Of a stretch of 64,000 bases of DNA, positions 8,991 through 18,015 are shown piece after piece. Made by a program: the position numbers and the translations under genes. This DNA is from Planctomycetota bacterium (GTDB lineage Bacteria; Planctomycetota; UBA8108; SXIK01). The notes beneath the pieces were generated by a model. That model had not been told where the DNA came from. It made no database searches and saw nothing but the letters and a program-made list of their open reading frames with translations. Location: NCBI GenBank assembly GCA_965223265.1, contig OZ244999.1, positions 6,176,001 through 6,240,000 on the forward strand, read 5' to 3'. Position 1 is the first letter of the stretch, and the number at the start of each line of letters is the position of its first letter.

Positions 8991-10748
8991 TCACATGCCC
9001 ATTCCCATTCCGCCCATGCCTCCCATTCCACCCATGCCTCCCATTCCACCCATGCCTCCCATTCCGCCCATGCCACCCATTCCGCCCATGCCACCCATTC
9101 CGCCCATGCCACCCATTTCGTCGTGGTGATGGTGGTGGTGGTCATCGTCATCGTCTTCTTCTTGCGGGATATTCGCCACAAGGGTGTCCGACGTCAAAAG
9201 CACGGTCGCAACGCTCAAGGCGTTCTCAAAGGCGGAGCGGACAACCTTCGTGGCGTCAATCACGCCTTCTTTGACGAGATCACAAAACTCGTCGCGCACG
9301 ATGTCGTAGCCGATGCGGCGGTTCTTGCCGCCTCGGATGTTCCGCGTCACGGTTGCTGGCTCGATCCCGCCATTAGCACACAGCTGCCGAATCGGGGCTT
9401 CAAGCGCCTTGCGAACAATCTCAAGGCCATGAGCATCTTCAACGCCCTTACCTTTGACCGCAGCGAGGTCTTCAGCGGCTCGAAAGAGAGCCACACCGCC
9501 GCCCGGCAAAATGCCCTCTGCGACGGCAGCACGTGTCGCGTTGAGTGCGGACTCGTAGCGCGACTTCTTTTCCTTCATGTCGCTCTCGGTCGGCGCACCA
9601 ACGCGGATGACCGCGACGCCTCCCGCCAGCTTGGCGAGCCGCTCTTGCAGTTTCTCCTGGTCGTACTCGCTGGTCGTATCCTCGAGCTCCCGGCGAATCT
9701 CGTTGGCCCGCGCTTCAATATCGCGCTTTTTGCCGCCGCCCTGCACCACCGTCGTTGCCTCTGACGTGATGCGAACCTTCTTCGCGGACCCAAGATCGGC
9801 GATCTCGACCTTGTCCAGCTCGATCCCCAAGTCCTTGAAGATCGCGCGGCCGCCCGTGAGCGCAGCAAGATCTTGCAGCATCGCTTTGCGCCGATCGCCG
9901 TACGCGGGCGCCTTGACGGCAGCACACTTGAGGACGCCTTTAAGCGTGTTGACGACAAGCGTCGCCAGCACCTCGCCCTCGATATCCTCTGCGACGATCA
10001 GAAGCGGCCGTTTTTTCTGCAGCACCTTCTCGAGAAGCGGCAACACTTTCGGCAGGGTTGTGATCTTCTCTTCGAAGATGAGGATCAACGGATCGTTGAG
10101 CTCGCAAACCATCTTGTCGGGATTGGTGACGAAGTGCGGCGACAGATAGCCGCGGTCAAATTCCATTCCCTCAACGACTTCTACAGTCGTGTCGAGCTCC
10201 TTACCTTCCTCGATCGTGACGACGCCATCGCGTCCGACCTTCTCGAGGGCTTCCGCAAGTCGCGAACCGATGTTCTTGTCATTGTTGCTTGCGATCGTTG
10301 CCACGGCTCGAATCTGGTCGTGCGACGACACCGAGCTCGAGAGACTCCGCAGCGATTTGACAACGTGCTCGGCACCGCGCCGCATGCCGCGCGCCAGGAG
10401 CATCGGATTGAATCCCGCGGTGACCAGTTTGAGCCCCTGCAGGTAGAGGGCTTCCGCAAGCACCGTGCTGGTGGTGCTGCCGTCTCCCGCTGCGTCGCTC
10501 GTCTTCTCCGCCGATTCGCGGACCAAGCGAGCCGCTAAGTTCTCGTAGGCATCAATGAGTTCGATCTCGTCTGCGACGCTGGCGCCGTCCTTGGTTACCA
10601 GCGGCTCGCCCCAGCCACGATCGATGCAGGCGTTCCGCCCCGATGGCCCGAGCGTGGTTTTCACGGCCTTGGCCAGCTTCGTGACCCCCTGGCGGAGGCT
10701 CGCATTGGCCTCGTCGCCGAATGCCAGTTGCTTCGGATTCTGCGGCAT
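8991..10748 (-). CDS. groEL: Chaperonin GroEL paralog with acidic/His6/(GGM)12 tail
   Basis: TLGPSGRN, TKDG, GDGSTTS, FDRGYLSPHF, EKLQERLAKLAGGVAVI. Confidence 0.95.
   Translation of the reverse strand: MPQNPKQLAFGDEANASLRQGVTKLAKAVKTTLGPSGRNACIDRGWGEPLVTKDGASVADEIELIDAYENLAARLVRESAEKTSDAAGDGSTTSTVLAEALYLQGLKLVTAGFNPMLLARGMRRGAEHVVKSLRSLSSSVSSHDQIRAVATIASNNDKNIGSRLAEALEKVGRDGVVTIEEGKELDTTVEVVEGMEFDRGYLSPHFVTNPDKMVCELNDPLILIFEEKITTLPKVLPLLEKVLQKKRPLLIVAEDIEGEVLATLVVNTLKGVLKCAAVKAPAYGDRRKAMLQDLAALTGGRAIFKDLGIELDKVEIADLGSAKKVRITSEATTVVQGGGKKRDIEARANEIRRELEDTTSEYDQEKLQERLAKLAGGVAVIRVGAPTESDMKEKKSRYESALNATRAAVAEGILPGGGVALFRAAEDLAAVKGKGVEDAHGLEIVRKALEAPIRQLCANGGIEPATVTRNIRGGKNRRIGYDIVRDEFCDLVKEGVIDATKVVRSAFENALSVATVLLTSDTLVANIPQEEDDDDDHHHHHHDEMGGMGGMGGMGGMGGMGGMGGMGGMGGMGGMGGMGGMGMGM
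8994..9116 (-). repeat. 9-bp coding repeat encoding (MGG)12-MGMGM
   Basis: Seen directly in the DNA and in the translation. Confidence 0.95.
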
Positions 10749-10902
10749 GGAAAGGATTTCCTCTTCTAATAAGGAGACGTCTTGTAAGTTGCCGTGTGGC
10801 GTCCGCCGAAAGAGCCGAGTGTCGCGGCAAGCTGGAGGAACCTGCCGCCGAGCGCACGGCGCGGTTTTTCGGACTCGTTAAACTACCAAGTCCGACCGAT
10901 TA

Positions 10903-10919
10903 TGCAAACGCGTAGCCAA
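10903..10919 (-). promoter_or_regulatory. Sigma54 (-24/-12) promoter upstream of the groEL operon
   Basis: Minus strand TTGGCTACGCGTTTGCA = GG-N10-GC with TTGCA, about 155 bp upstream of the groEL start. Confidence 0.65.
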
Positions 10920-10973
10920 CAGAACGCGGACGCCAACGTGTTACTGTCAGAAAGGTTATGGCTGACGCCACAT

Positions 10974-11028
10974 CTGCCAACTTGGCAGCAAGGGCGAACA
11001 AACGCCGCCGCACTCTGCCAGAGTGACA
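10974..11028. promoter_or_regulatory. Two TGCCA-N3-TGRCA palindromes (candidate enhancer/UAS sites)
   Basis: CTGCCAACTTGGCAG at 10974-10988 and TGCCAGAGTGACA at 11016-11028, 55-110 bp upstream of the sigma54 motif. Confidence 0.5.
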
Positions 11029-11144
11029 CACGGAAGTTCCGGTAGCTGCGGTTGACCGGTCTCAATTTCGTCGCAGGTTGAACCGATACAAGAGAGAGAC
11101 TGGGACCATGTATAGAAACCAGCGCCTACTTCAGCGAGCGGACA

Positions 11145-11360
11145 GTGAACGACCGTTACAAATTCTTCGGTGAGATTGCTCTCGAAAAGCGGTTCGTCAC
11201 CCCAGACCAACTCTACGAAGCGCTCACCACGCAGGCGCGGACCAAGGTCGACGGCGGACAAGAAAAGCTTCTTGGACAGATCCTCCTCGAGCTCGGATAC
11301 ATCACCGAGGAAGAGGTGCAGCAAGTCCTCGATATCCTCTACCCGGTCAACGACACGTAG
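11145..11360 (+). CDS. Small stand-alone MshEN-like domain protein
   Basis: Two tandem motifs FGEIALEKRFVTPDQLYEALTTQ and LGQILLELGYITEEEVQQVL resemble RLGxxLxxxGxxxxxxLxxxLxxQ. Confidence 0.7.
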   Translation: MNDRYKFFGEIALEKRFVTPDQLYEALTTQARTKVDGGQEKLLGQILLELGYITEEEVQQVLDILYPVNDT

Positions 11361-11556
11361 AGGCCTTCTCACGGCGGGAACCTCGGCCCACGCTGGCGTG
11401 AGCGCTCTCAGTATGTCCCGGGGTACAACCGGCTCATGTCTCGGCTCGTCTGACCCTGAAACGAGCTCTCTCGGCCGAGTGGCTCAACTCGGGACCGGCG
11501 CGCCCAGATCATCCGCTTTGCCGACGGCAGCCCGATCTTCCCCAGGTGGGCTCTAT

Positions 11557-12357
11557 CTATCGCCACAGCGCCGTCACCGGGGCGCCCCTCCCGACGCCGA
11601 GCTCACGAGCAGCGCTGCCGCCGTTGACCGCGACCTCCACAAAGCCGCTCGAGCCGACGAGAGCCAGCGCCCGTCCCACGGGCGCCGAGCCGTAGGTGCG
11701 ACGCAGCCGCCGCGCTGCGAACCCGGCGCAGTGCAGCTCGGCGAGTTTCTCTCCGGCACGCGGCCGGAGGTTCGAGATCAAATTGCCGAATCGGTCAACA
11801 CAAATGATCTCTCCGCGTTCCTGGGCACCGCCTTCAACCCGTCGCCGCCGTGGCCGCGGCAAACGGCTGGCGAGAAATCGTTTCGTACGTGGCCCTAGAT
11901 CCTTCACGGTTGCGGCGCCAGACGCCAAATGCGCGGCAACTGGCGCAAAGATGTCGCGGCCGTGAAACGTAGCACTCACCTGCGGCAAGAAGAAACGTCG
12001 ACGCCGAACCTCGACGACACGGTCGATGGCGGCGGCCGGCAGTACGTAGCCGATGAGCCCATTGTCCGGCGCCAGGAAAACAGATCCGCGCGACTCGAAG
12101 GCGAGGATGCGGCGTCCCGTCCCAACTCCCGGGTCCACGACGGCGACGTGGATCGTGCCCGGCGGGAAGTAAGGCGCCGCGGCACTCCATACGATGCCCG
12201 CCTGCTGCAGGTCCTGCGGCGCGATGCTGTGACAAATATCGACGACCGAGACGCCAGGTGCGATGCGCGAGAGCACCCCTTTCATCGCCGCAACGTACCC
12301 GTCCTGATCGCCGAAATCAGTCAGCAGCGACACTTGCGAGGATGGCGCCAAAGCCAT
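11557..12357 (-). CDS. SAM hydroxide adenosyltransferase / SAM-dependent halogenase family (DUF62)
   Basis: LLTDFG..DGYVAAMKGV, VVDPGVGT.R, APDNGL, SATFHGRDIFAPVAA, VDRFGNLI. Confidence 0.93.
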   Translation of the reverse strand: MALAPSSQVSLLTDFGDQDGYVAAMKGVLSRIAPGVSVVDICHSIAPQDLQQAGIVWSAAAPYFPPGTIHVAVVDPGVGTGRRILAFESRGSVFLAPDNGLIGYVLPAAAIDRVVEVRRRRFFLPQVSATFHGRDIFAPVAAHLASGAATVKDLGPRTKRFLASRLPRPRRRRVEGGAQERGEIICVDRFGNLISNLRPRAGEKLAELHCAGFAARRLRRTYGSAPVGRALALVGSSGFVEVAVNGGSAARELGVGRGAPVTALWR

Positions 12358-12362
12358 TGGCG

Positions 12363-13415
12363 CTACCGAGGTTCGCCCAGCGAATGGAGTGGTCCGGACG
12401 ACGGCACTGGTGCTGCCGTGTTGCCGCCGTCCTCCGACGTGTCGAAGGTGCGGCGCGGTTGCCGCCGCACGCCGGTCATTTCAAGTCGGTGCAAGTGAAT
12501 CTCGGCGTACTCACCGAAACGCTCCGGGCGCGCGACGATGTAACGAAGGTGCTGGAGTACGCGATCGTCACCGATCGTGCGCGGCGCTATCGAGAGAGGA
12601 GAGCGCCCCCAAGCGACGCGACAGCCCTGCCAGTAGAGGGCGACTTCGCTGCGGCTTGGATCTCGACGACCATCAACGTTGCCGACGTCGATCCGCTCGA
12701 TCGGGTGATCTAAAAAGCGCCCGAGAAATCCGTGTTCGGACAGAATCTTGGCGACAGCCAGACCGCTCAAAACGTCGTAATCAGACCAGTGCTCGCCCGC
12801 GGGCGGCACCCGGGCCGCGGTCGCTGAGGCGTGCGTGATCGCCGGCACGCCAAACCAATCTGTCGGTGCGTCAGCGTAAGCATCTCCGACGCGGCGGCCC
12901 TCGGCATCGATGAGGTAGAAGCTCCCTTCGACATCCACCAGCGCGGCGGGACGTCGCAGTTCCACCTCGAGCAAGAGCGCACCTTTTTTCTGCGCGGTCG
13001 GATAGACGACATCTACGGATTCGACCCTCTCAACCCACGCGTTCGTCTCGAAGCGCTCGCGGACCACATCGAGGACGCCCCGATTGAAGAGTGTCAATCC
13101 AACTCCAGAGAGGTCCGTCGATTCCACTTGGCTTTGAATCTCCGGCGTCACCCAATCGGGGAGCTCCGAGAGGCCGACCTGCCAGTCCTCGATCGAATAG
13201 CGCGGCTGCGAACCGACGTGCCGCCGGACCTCCACCGAACCCCAAACCGCCGCAATCACACTCGCCACCGCCAAAACGGCAAGGAGAATGCGCGCTGCAC
13301 TACGCAAAATGCCGCCGGAGTCGGCTCCGGTCCCCGATCTTTTGGCTCGTCTCGTTTTCGCCACGTTGTCTGCGTTTCTTTCCTTCGTACCGCTGCTCTG
13401 GCGTTGCGTGCTCAA
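12363..13415 (-). CDS. FtsQ/DivIB-like cell division protein (divergent)
   Basis: Basic N-terminus, single TM, POTRA-like segment (FETNAWVERVESV...ELRRPAALV...YLIDAEG); position after murB. Confidence 0.65.
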   Translation of the reverse strand: MSTQRQSSGTKERNADNVAKTRRAKRSGTGADSGGILRSAARILLAVLAVASVIAAVWGSVEVRRHVGSQPRYSIEDWQVGLSELPDWVTPEIQSQVESTDLSGVGLTLFNRGVLDVVRERFETNAWVERVESVDVVYPTAQKKGALLLEVELRRPAALVDVEGSFYLIDAEGRRVGDAYADAPTDWFGVPAITHASATAARVPPAGEHWSDYDVLSGLAVAKILSEHGFLGRFLDHPIERIDVGNVDGRRDPSRSEVALYWQGCRVAWGRSPLSIAPRTIGDDRVLQHLRYIVARPERFGEYAEIHLHRLEMTGVRRQPRRTFDTSEDGGNTAAPVPSSGPLHSLGEPR

Positions 13416-13418
13416 TTC

Positions 13419-14327
13419 TCAGGCAAGCACGACTTCCGTCTCGAGCTCGATTCCAGTCCTGCTCGCGACGCGCTCGATGACATCGGCCACAAGCGCCTTG
13501 ACGTCAGCGGCTGTCGCCTCACCGCTAGCGTTGACGATAAAGTTCGCGTGTCGCTGCGAGATGGCAGCACCTCCGCGGCGAACGCCTTTGAGCCCAAGTC
13601 TTTCGATCAACTGCCCCGCAGCGCCACCGTTTGGGTTACGGAAGATACACCCGGCACTCGGCGAGTGGAGGGGCTGCGTCGCGACCTTGCGGCGCATCAG
13701 GCGGCTGGCGCGCTCCTTCAGCCGAGCGCGCTGGTCGCGGCACAGCTGCAGTCGTGCCCACGCGACCACGCAGTCGTCCAGACCTGACGTCCGATAGGCC
13801 CAGGGTACGTCGCTGCCCTTAAGGCGTTGGAGGCCACCGCCGCGCAGAGGTACGACGCCAAGCTCAACGACGCGCTCGCCAAACGCCCACCCGGCGCCGC
13901 CGGCGTTCATACTGACGGCACCACCGCACGTGCCCGGGATGCCGACAAAGCCCTCAAGACCGCCCAACCCCGCCTGAATCGACGACCGGATCAATGCGTT
14001 GAGACGTGCCCCAGCGCTCACCGTCATCAACTCGCCGCGGATTTCGAAATCGCGCAAGCCGCCGGTCGAAATCACCGGACGGTCATAGTCGCCGTCTGGA
14101 AAAAGAACGTTCGCCCCACCACCCAGTACAAAGGGGTCCTTCCCCTCACCTGCCAGGCGCGTCAAAAGCGAGTCGAGCTCGTCGACGCCGCGCGGAGCAT
14201 AGAATTCCCGAGCGCGACCGCCAATGCGAAACGTCGTGAGCGGACCCAGCTCAACGAACCGGCCCCGCGCGCCGGGGGCGACAGAACGATCGTCTCTGGG
14301 TTGTCGACTTGCCAGCTTGGGTCTCAT
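13419..14327 (-). CDS. murB: UDP-N-acetylenolpyruvoylglucosamine reductase
   Basis: TTFRIGG.A, LGGGANVL, GIPGTCGGAVSMNAG, SAGCIFRNP, HANFIVN, LETEV. Start trimmed to ATG 14327. Confidence 0.95.
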   Translation of the reverse strand: MRPKLASRQPRDDRSVAPGARGRFVELGPLTTFRIGGRAREFYAPRGVDELDSLLTRLAGEGKDPFVLGGGANVLFPDGDYDRPVISTGGLRDFEIRGELMTVSAGARLNALIRSSIQAGLGGLEGFVGIPGTCGGAVSMNAGGAGWAFGERVVELGVVPLRGGGLQRLKGSDVPWAYRTSGLDDCVVAWARLQLCRDQRARLKERASRLMRRKVATQPLHSPSAGCIFRNPNGGAAGQLIERLGLKGVRRGGAAISQRHANFIVNASGEATAADVKALVADVIERVASRTGIELETEVVLA

Positions 14328-14401
14328 CGTCTTCCTGCGTGCTGCGGCGACTTCAGCCACCACTTCAACGAGTCTGAGCGTTGGTCCAGGGACTCGATCA
14401 G

Positions 14402-15883
14402 TCACGCGATCAGAAGACGTGGATCCGACCTCTGTCGCGACGCTTCCGGCTCGAGCGGCTGAGATCCGATGCGCTCGCGGAGACTCGCCGCATAGTATTT
14501 TGCCAGATCGGTGATGTCCCCAGCGCCTAAGAAAAGGATTGCCGCTTCGTCGGAGACCTCTTCGATCTCCGCGAGAGCGTGGTGAAACTTCGGCGCCAGA
14601 CATGCATCAACACCGCGGGCTCGCAGTCGGTCGACCAGTTGTCCGGAGCGGACGCTGCTCGCGTCTTGATCGGAATCTCGAGCTCGATAGACGTCGACAA
14701 CGATGACTTGGTCAAAGCCGACGAGAGCCGCCGCAAACTCTTCCATGAAATGCTTCAAGCGCGAATGCTGGTGTGGTTGAAAGACGGCGATGCGGCGCTT
14801 GTGGGGAAACCGCGACCGCGCCGCTTCCGCTAGCGACTCGACCTCAGCGGGGTGGTGAGCGTAGTCGTCTACGACCGTCACCGCCCCCGAAGCCAGGACG
14901 TCAAAACGACGTCGCACTCCGGCGAACGCCGCGAGGCCGTGGACAATGGCATCCAATGACACTCCAAGCTGTTGGCAGGTCACGAGCGCCGCCATGGCGT
15001 TCTTGACGTTGTGGACTCCTGGAACGCGGAGCTGCACCCTGGCCTCCGAGCCGCCGCGATGGCGGGCAACGAATTGACAGCCTTCGCCGCGGTGAGTGAT
15101 TTCCTCAGCCCACCATTCGGCCGTGCCGCGCCGCAAACTGAAGGAAGTCACCGGACAACGACACCGGTCCCAGAGGTAGCTTGAGTTCGGATCGTCACGG
15201 TTCAGCACCAGGACGCCATCGGCGGGAAGCAGGCCAACGAATTCGCCAAATGCCGTCTGGATATCAGCCACTGACTCAAAGTAGTCGAGGTGGTCCTGAT
15301 CGATGTTCGTGACGACCGCGATGTTCGGCTTCAAGTTGAGAAAACTGCGGTCGTACTCGCACGCTTCAGCGACGAAGTGAGGGCCACTGCCCCAGCGGGC
15401 TCCGCCGCCGAGAGCGGGGTAATCGCCTCCGATGAGAAACGACGGGTCTAGGTTTGCAGCGTGCAGAATCTGTGACACCATCGCCGTGGTGGTCGTCTTG
15501 CCATGCGTGCCGGCAACGGCAACGCCTGTCTTCTCAGACATCAGATAGCCGAGACACTGCGAGTACTTCCACACCGGAATGCTACGGCTCTGTGCGGCCT
15601 TGACCTCGGGGTTGTCGGAGTCGATCGCCGCCGACACAACCACCAGCTGCGTGCCCTCGTCGACGTTCGTCTCGTTGTGGCCGACGCGGCAGTCGATATT
15701 CTTGCTGCGGAGTCGCTCGAGGACCGGACTGTCGGTCATCTCCGACCCAGACACGGTCGCGCCGCGCTGGTTCAGGAGCATGACCATGCCACGCAGCCCC
15801 GCACCGCCGATACCGACCACGTGCACACGATCAGCGTCATGCGGTGACGCCTCGCGGGAGAGGACAGGTACGTCTCTCTTCAC
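14402..15883 (-). CDS. murC: UDP-N-acetylmuramate--L-alanine ligase
   Basis: HVVGIGGAG, GTHGKTTTT, EACEYDRSFL, DHLDYF, DDYAHHP, FQPH. Start approximate. Confidence 0.95.
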   Translation of the reverse strand: MKRDVPVLSREASPHDADRVHVVGIGGAGLRGMVMLLNQRGATVSGSEMTDSPVLERLRSKNIDCRVGHNETNVDEGTQLVVVSAAIDSDNPEVKAAQSRSIPVWKYSQCLGYLMSEKTGVAVAGTHGKTTTTAMVSQILHAANLDPSFLIGGDYPALGGGARWGSGPHFVAEACEYDRSFLNLKPNIAVVTNIDQDHLDYFESVADIQTAFGEFVGLLPADGVLVLNRDDPNSSYLWDRCRCPVTSFSLRRGTAEWWAEEITHRGEGCQFVARHRGGSEARVQLRVPGVHNVKNAMAALVTCQQLGVSLDAIVHGLAAFAGVRRRFDVLASGAVTVVDDYAHHPAEVESLAEAARSRFPHKRRIAVFQPHQHSRLKHFMEEFAAALVGFDQVIVVDVYRARDSDQDASSVRSGQLVDRLRARGVDACLAPKFHHALAEIEEVSDEAAILFLGAGDITDLAKYYAASLRERIGSQPLEPEASRQRSDPRLLIA

Positions 15884-16012
15884 CTTCAACTTCCTCTCTA
15901 ACTTCTTCTCACAAAGCTGTACGCATCGAATCAGAAAACCCTTGCCGCTGCCACCCAAAAGTGTGCAGCGAATCACCTCGGCCGCTCAGCAGAGCGCTCA
16001 AGCTCAAAGCCG

Positions 16013-16906
16013 TCACCCACCCTCGCGTGGCGGAATCACCAAGACTTGTCCCTCACGAATTCGGTCTGGCGACGACACTTGGTCGCGGTTCGCCTCGAAG
16101 ATCAGATCGGCCCCGCGTGGATCACCGGGAAAGTATCGTCGAGCGATTTTAGTCAGAGTCTCGCGTGCGGCGACCCGGTGTGTCCGGCGCGCTGGCCTGC
16201 TTCCGTTCAGATCAGACGAAGGCTCAACGGTAGTATCGTTTTCTTCGCGCTCGAACTTTAGCCTGTCTGGAATTTTCTCGGCGCCCTTCGGCTCGCCGGT
16301 GCCGAAGGGAATCCTCAGCACCATGCCAGCGCGTAGATCATGCTCGCTTTCGAGTTGGTCGCGGTTCAGCGCGATCAACTCGGGGTAACGGTCGCCGCGC
16401 CCAAGGAACTGCTCCGCAAGCGTCCACAGGCGGTCGTCCTGCTCGACCTTGTAGACCCCGAGACGCCGTGGTTCGACGAGCCCGTCGCCGGTGGCTCTCT
16501 CCCCCTCGAGGTCGGCTCCTTCGATGAGGTCAGGATCCGCCTCGTGTCGCTCCGTCGGCTCCGGGACGGCGTCCGGCACGTCATCGACGAGCTCCGAGCC
16601 ACCAAAGGCGACCCCGTCGTCGCCGTCCCATGGGATCAGCTCCAGTTGGGATTCGGGTCTCCAGACTCCCTCACGCCAGCGGCTCGGGCCCTCGTCCGCC
16701 AGCTGCAGCGGCTCGGCGAATGGATTCTCGGCCGGCGGCCTCGCCGCACCGCGCGCGCGGTCCGTCGACGTTGACGTCGCTCCGGCGTCGACGTGGGGCG
16801 TGATGCCGTAAAGGATTTGGTCGAGCTCCGGCCGCCGAAATCGGTACATGGCAATGGCACCGGAGGCCAACAGAATCAGGAGAAAGATACGGAAGCCGTT
16901 GGACAT
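16013..16906 (-). CDS. Membrane-anchored protein with two LysM domains
   Basis: N-terminal TM; YKVEQDDRLWTLAEQFLG...LRAGMVLRIP and HRVAARETLTKIARRYF...IREGQVLVIP. Confidence 0.9.
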   Translation of the reverse strand: MSNGFRIFLLILLASGAIAMYRFRRPELDQILYGITPHVDAGATSTSTDRARGAARPPAENPFAEPLQLADEGPSRWREGVWRPESQLELIPWDGDDGVAFGGSELVDDVPDAVPEPTERHEADPDLIEGADLEGERATGDGLVEPRRLGVYKVEQDDRLWTLAEQFLGRGDRYPELIALNRDQLESEHDLRAGMVLRIPFGTGEPKGAEKIPDRLKFEREENDTTVEPSSDLNGSRPARRTHRVAARETLTKIARRYFPGDPRGADLIFEANRDQVSSPDRIREGQVLVIPPREGG

Positions 16907-18015
16907 GAGCGCCTCAATTCCAGTGCAAGGTCAACTACTCTGTCCGCCGCCATGGGGCGAGCGAGCCGCCGTGCAGCAGCGGACATCGACGCGAGCCGAG
17001 CCGGACTCGCGATCAATTGTTCCAGCTCGTCATGAAGCCTTTCGCCGTCGAGCTCTTCGTCCTCGATCACCACCCCAGCGCCCGCAGCGGCGAACGCCTC
17101 GGCGTTACGCAGCTGGTGTTGATCACGGTGATGCGGATATGGCACGAGCAAGGCGGGGACGCCGACAACGGCCAACTCCGAAAGCGTCGTGCCGCCCGCG
17201 CGCGTGACGACGACGTCGGCGTCGGCCATGAGGTCGGGCAGGCGCTGCGCGAAGCGGAGCACCTGAGCGCGCCAACCACCTTGGACATACGCCCGGTTGA
17301 GTTCGTCGAAGTCCGCCTCGCCGGTGACGTGGATCCAGCGCAAGCGTTCGCGCCACGGCGTCGCAGCCGGAGCGAGCTCGAGCAGACGCGCGATCGCAGA
17401 GTTCAGGGATCGCGCCCCTTGGCTGCCGCCGACGACAAGCACCGTCAGCGGGTCGTCCATGGCGCTGCGACGGCAGCGCCGGCGCATGCCGGCTTCCACG
17501 ACCGTCCTGCGCACCGGGTTCCCCGTCACAGCGCGCCGCATTCCGGCACCCAAAGAGACGTCAGGGTAGGGGCACGAGACCGCATCGGCGAATCGCCCGA
17601 GCCAGCGATTCACACGGCCGGCGACGAGATTCTGCTCAAGGAGAATGACCGGCAGATGCAGCGCTTTGGCGGCGAGGATCCCCGGCACAGAGGCATACCC
17701 GCCGAGCCCGAAGACGACGTCGAAGTCTCGCGCCAGCAGCTTTCGATGCCGCCGCACCGCGTCAGCCACCTCAAAGGAATAGCGCACCCAGTTAGTCGGC
17801 CGGCGGCCGGGTGGCAGCAGCTCGAGCGATCGCACGTCGAACCCGCCAGTGGCAAAGATCCGCTGCTCGACGTCGCGCCCCGATGTAAAGAAGACGATGC
17901 GCGCCGCCGGAAAACGTTCCCGGAGCTTCTCTGCAACGGCGATCCCGGGAAAGAGGTGCCCGCCGGAACCGCCGCCAAAAAATGCCGCCCCTCTGAGATG
18001 GCCCGGCGCAATCAT
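16876..18015 (-). CDS. murG: Lipid I N-acetylglucosaminyltransferase MurG
   Basis: GGGSGGHLFPG, GLGGYAS, EQN, TGNPVR, GGSQGA, RAGGTT.SE, HQLRNA. Confidence 0.95.
   Translation of the reverse strand: MIAPGHLRGAAFFGGGSGGHLFPGIAVAEKLRERFPAARIVFFTSGRDVEQRIFATGGFDVRSLELLPPGRRPTNWVRYSFEVADAVRRHRKLLARDFDVVFGLGGYASVPGILAAKALHLPVILLEQNLVAGRVNRWLGRFADAVSCPYPDVSLGAGMRRAVTGNPVRRTVVEAGMRRRCRRSAMDDPLTVLVVGGSQGARSLNSAIARLLELAPAATPWRERLRWIHVTGEADFDELNRAYVQGGWRAQVLRFAQRLPDLMADADVVVTRAGGTTLSELAVVGVPALLVPYPHHRDQHQLRNAEAFAAAGAGVVIEDEELDGERLHDELEQLIASPARLASMSAAARRLARPMAADRVVDLALELRRSCPTASVSFS

Noticed and set aside
11009-11028. CIRCE (HrcA) operator
   Set aside because: GCACTC...GAGTG has a 5-nt rather than 9-nt spacer and lacks the TTA/TAA ends; it fits the TGCCA-N3-TGRCA motif better.
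11557-12357. Fluorinase/chlorinase
   Set aside because: Motifs fit the widespread DUF62 SAM hydrolase family, and there is no halometabolite gene context.
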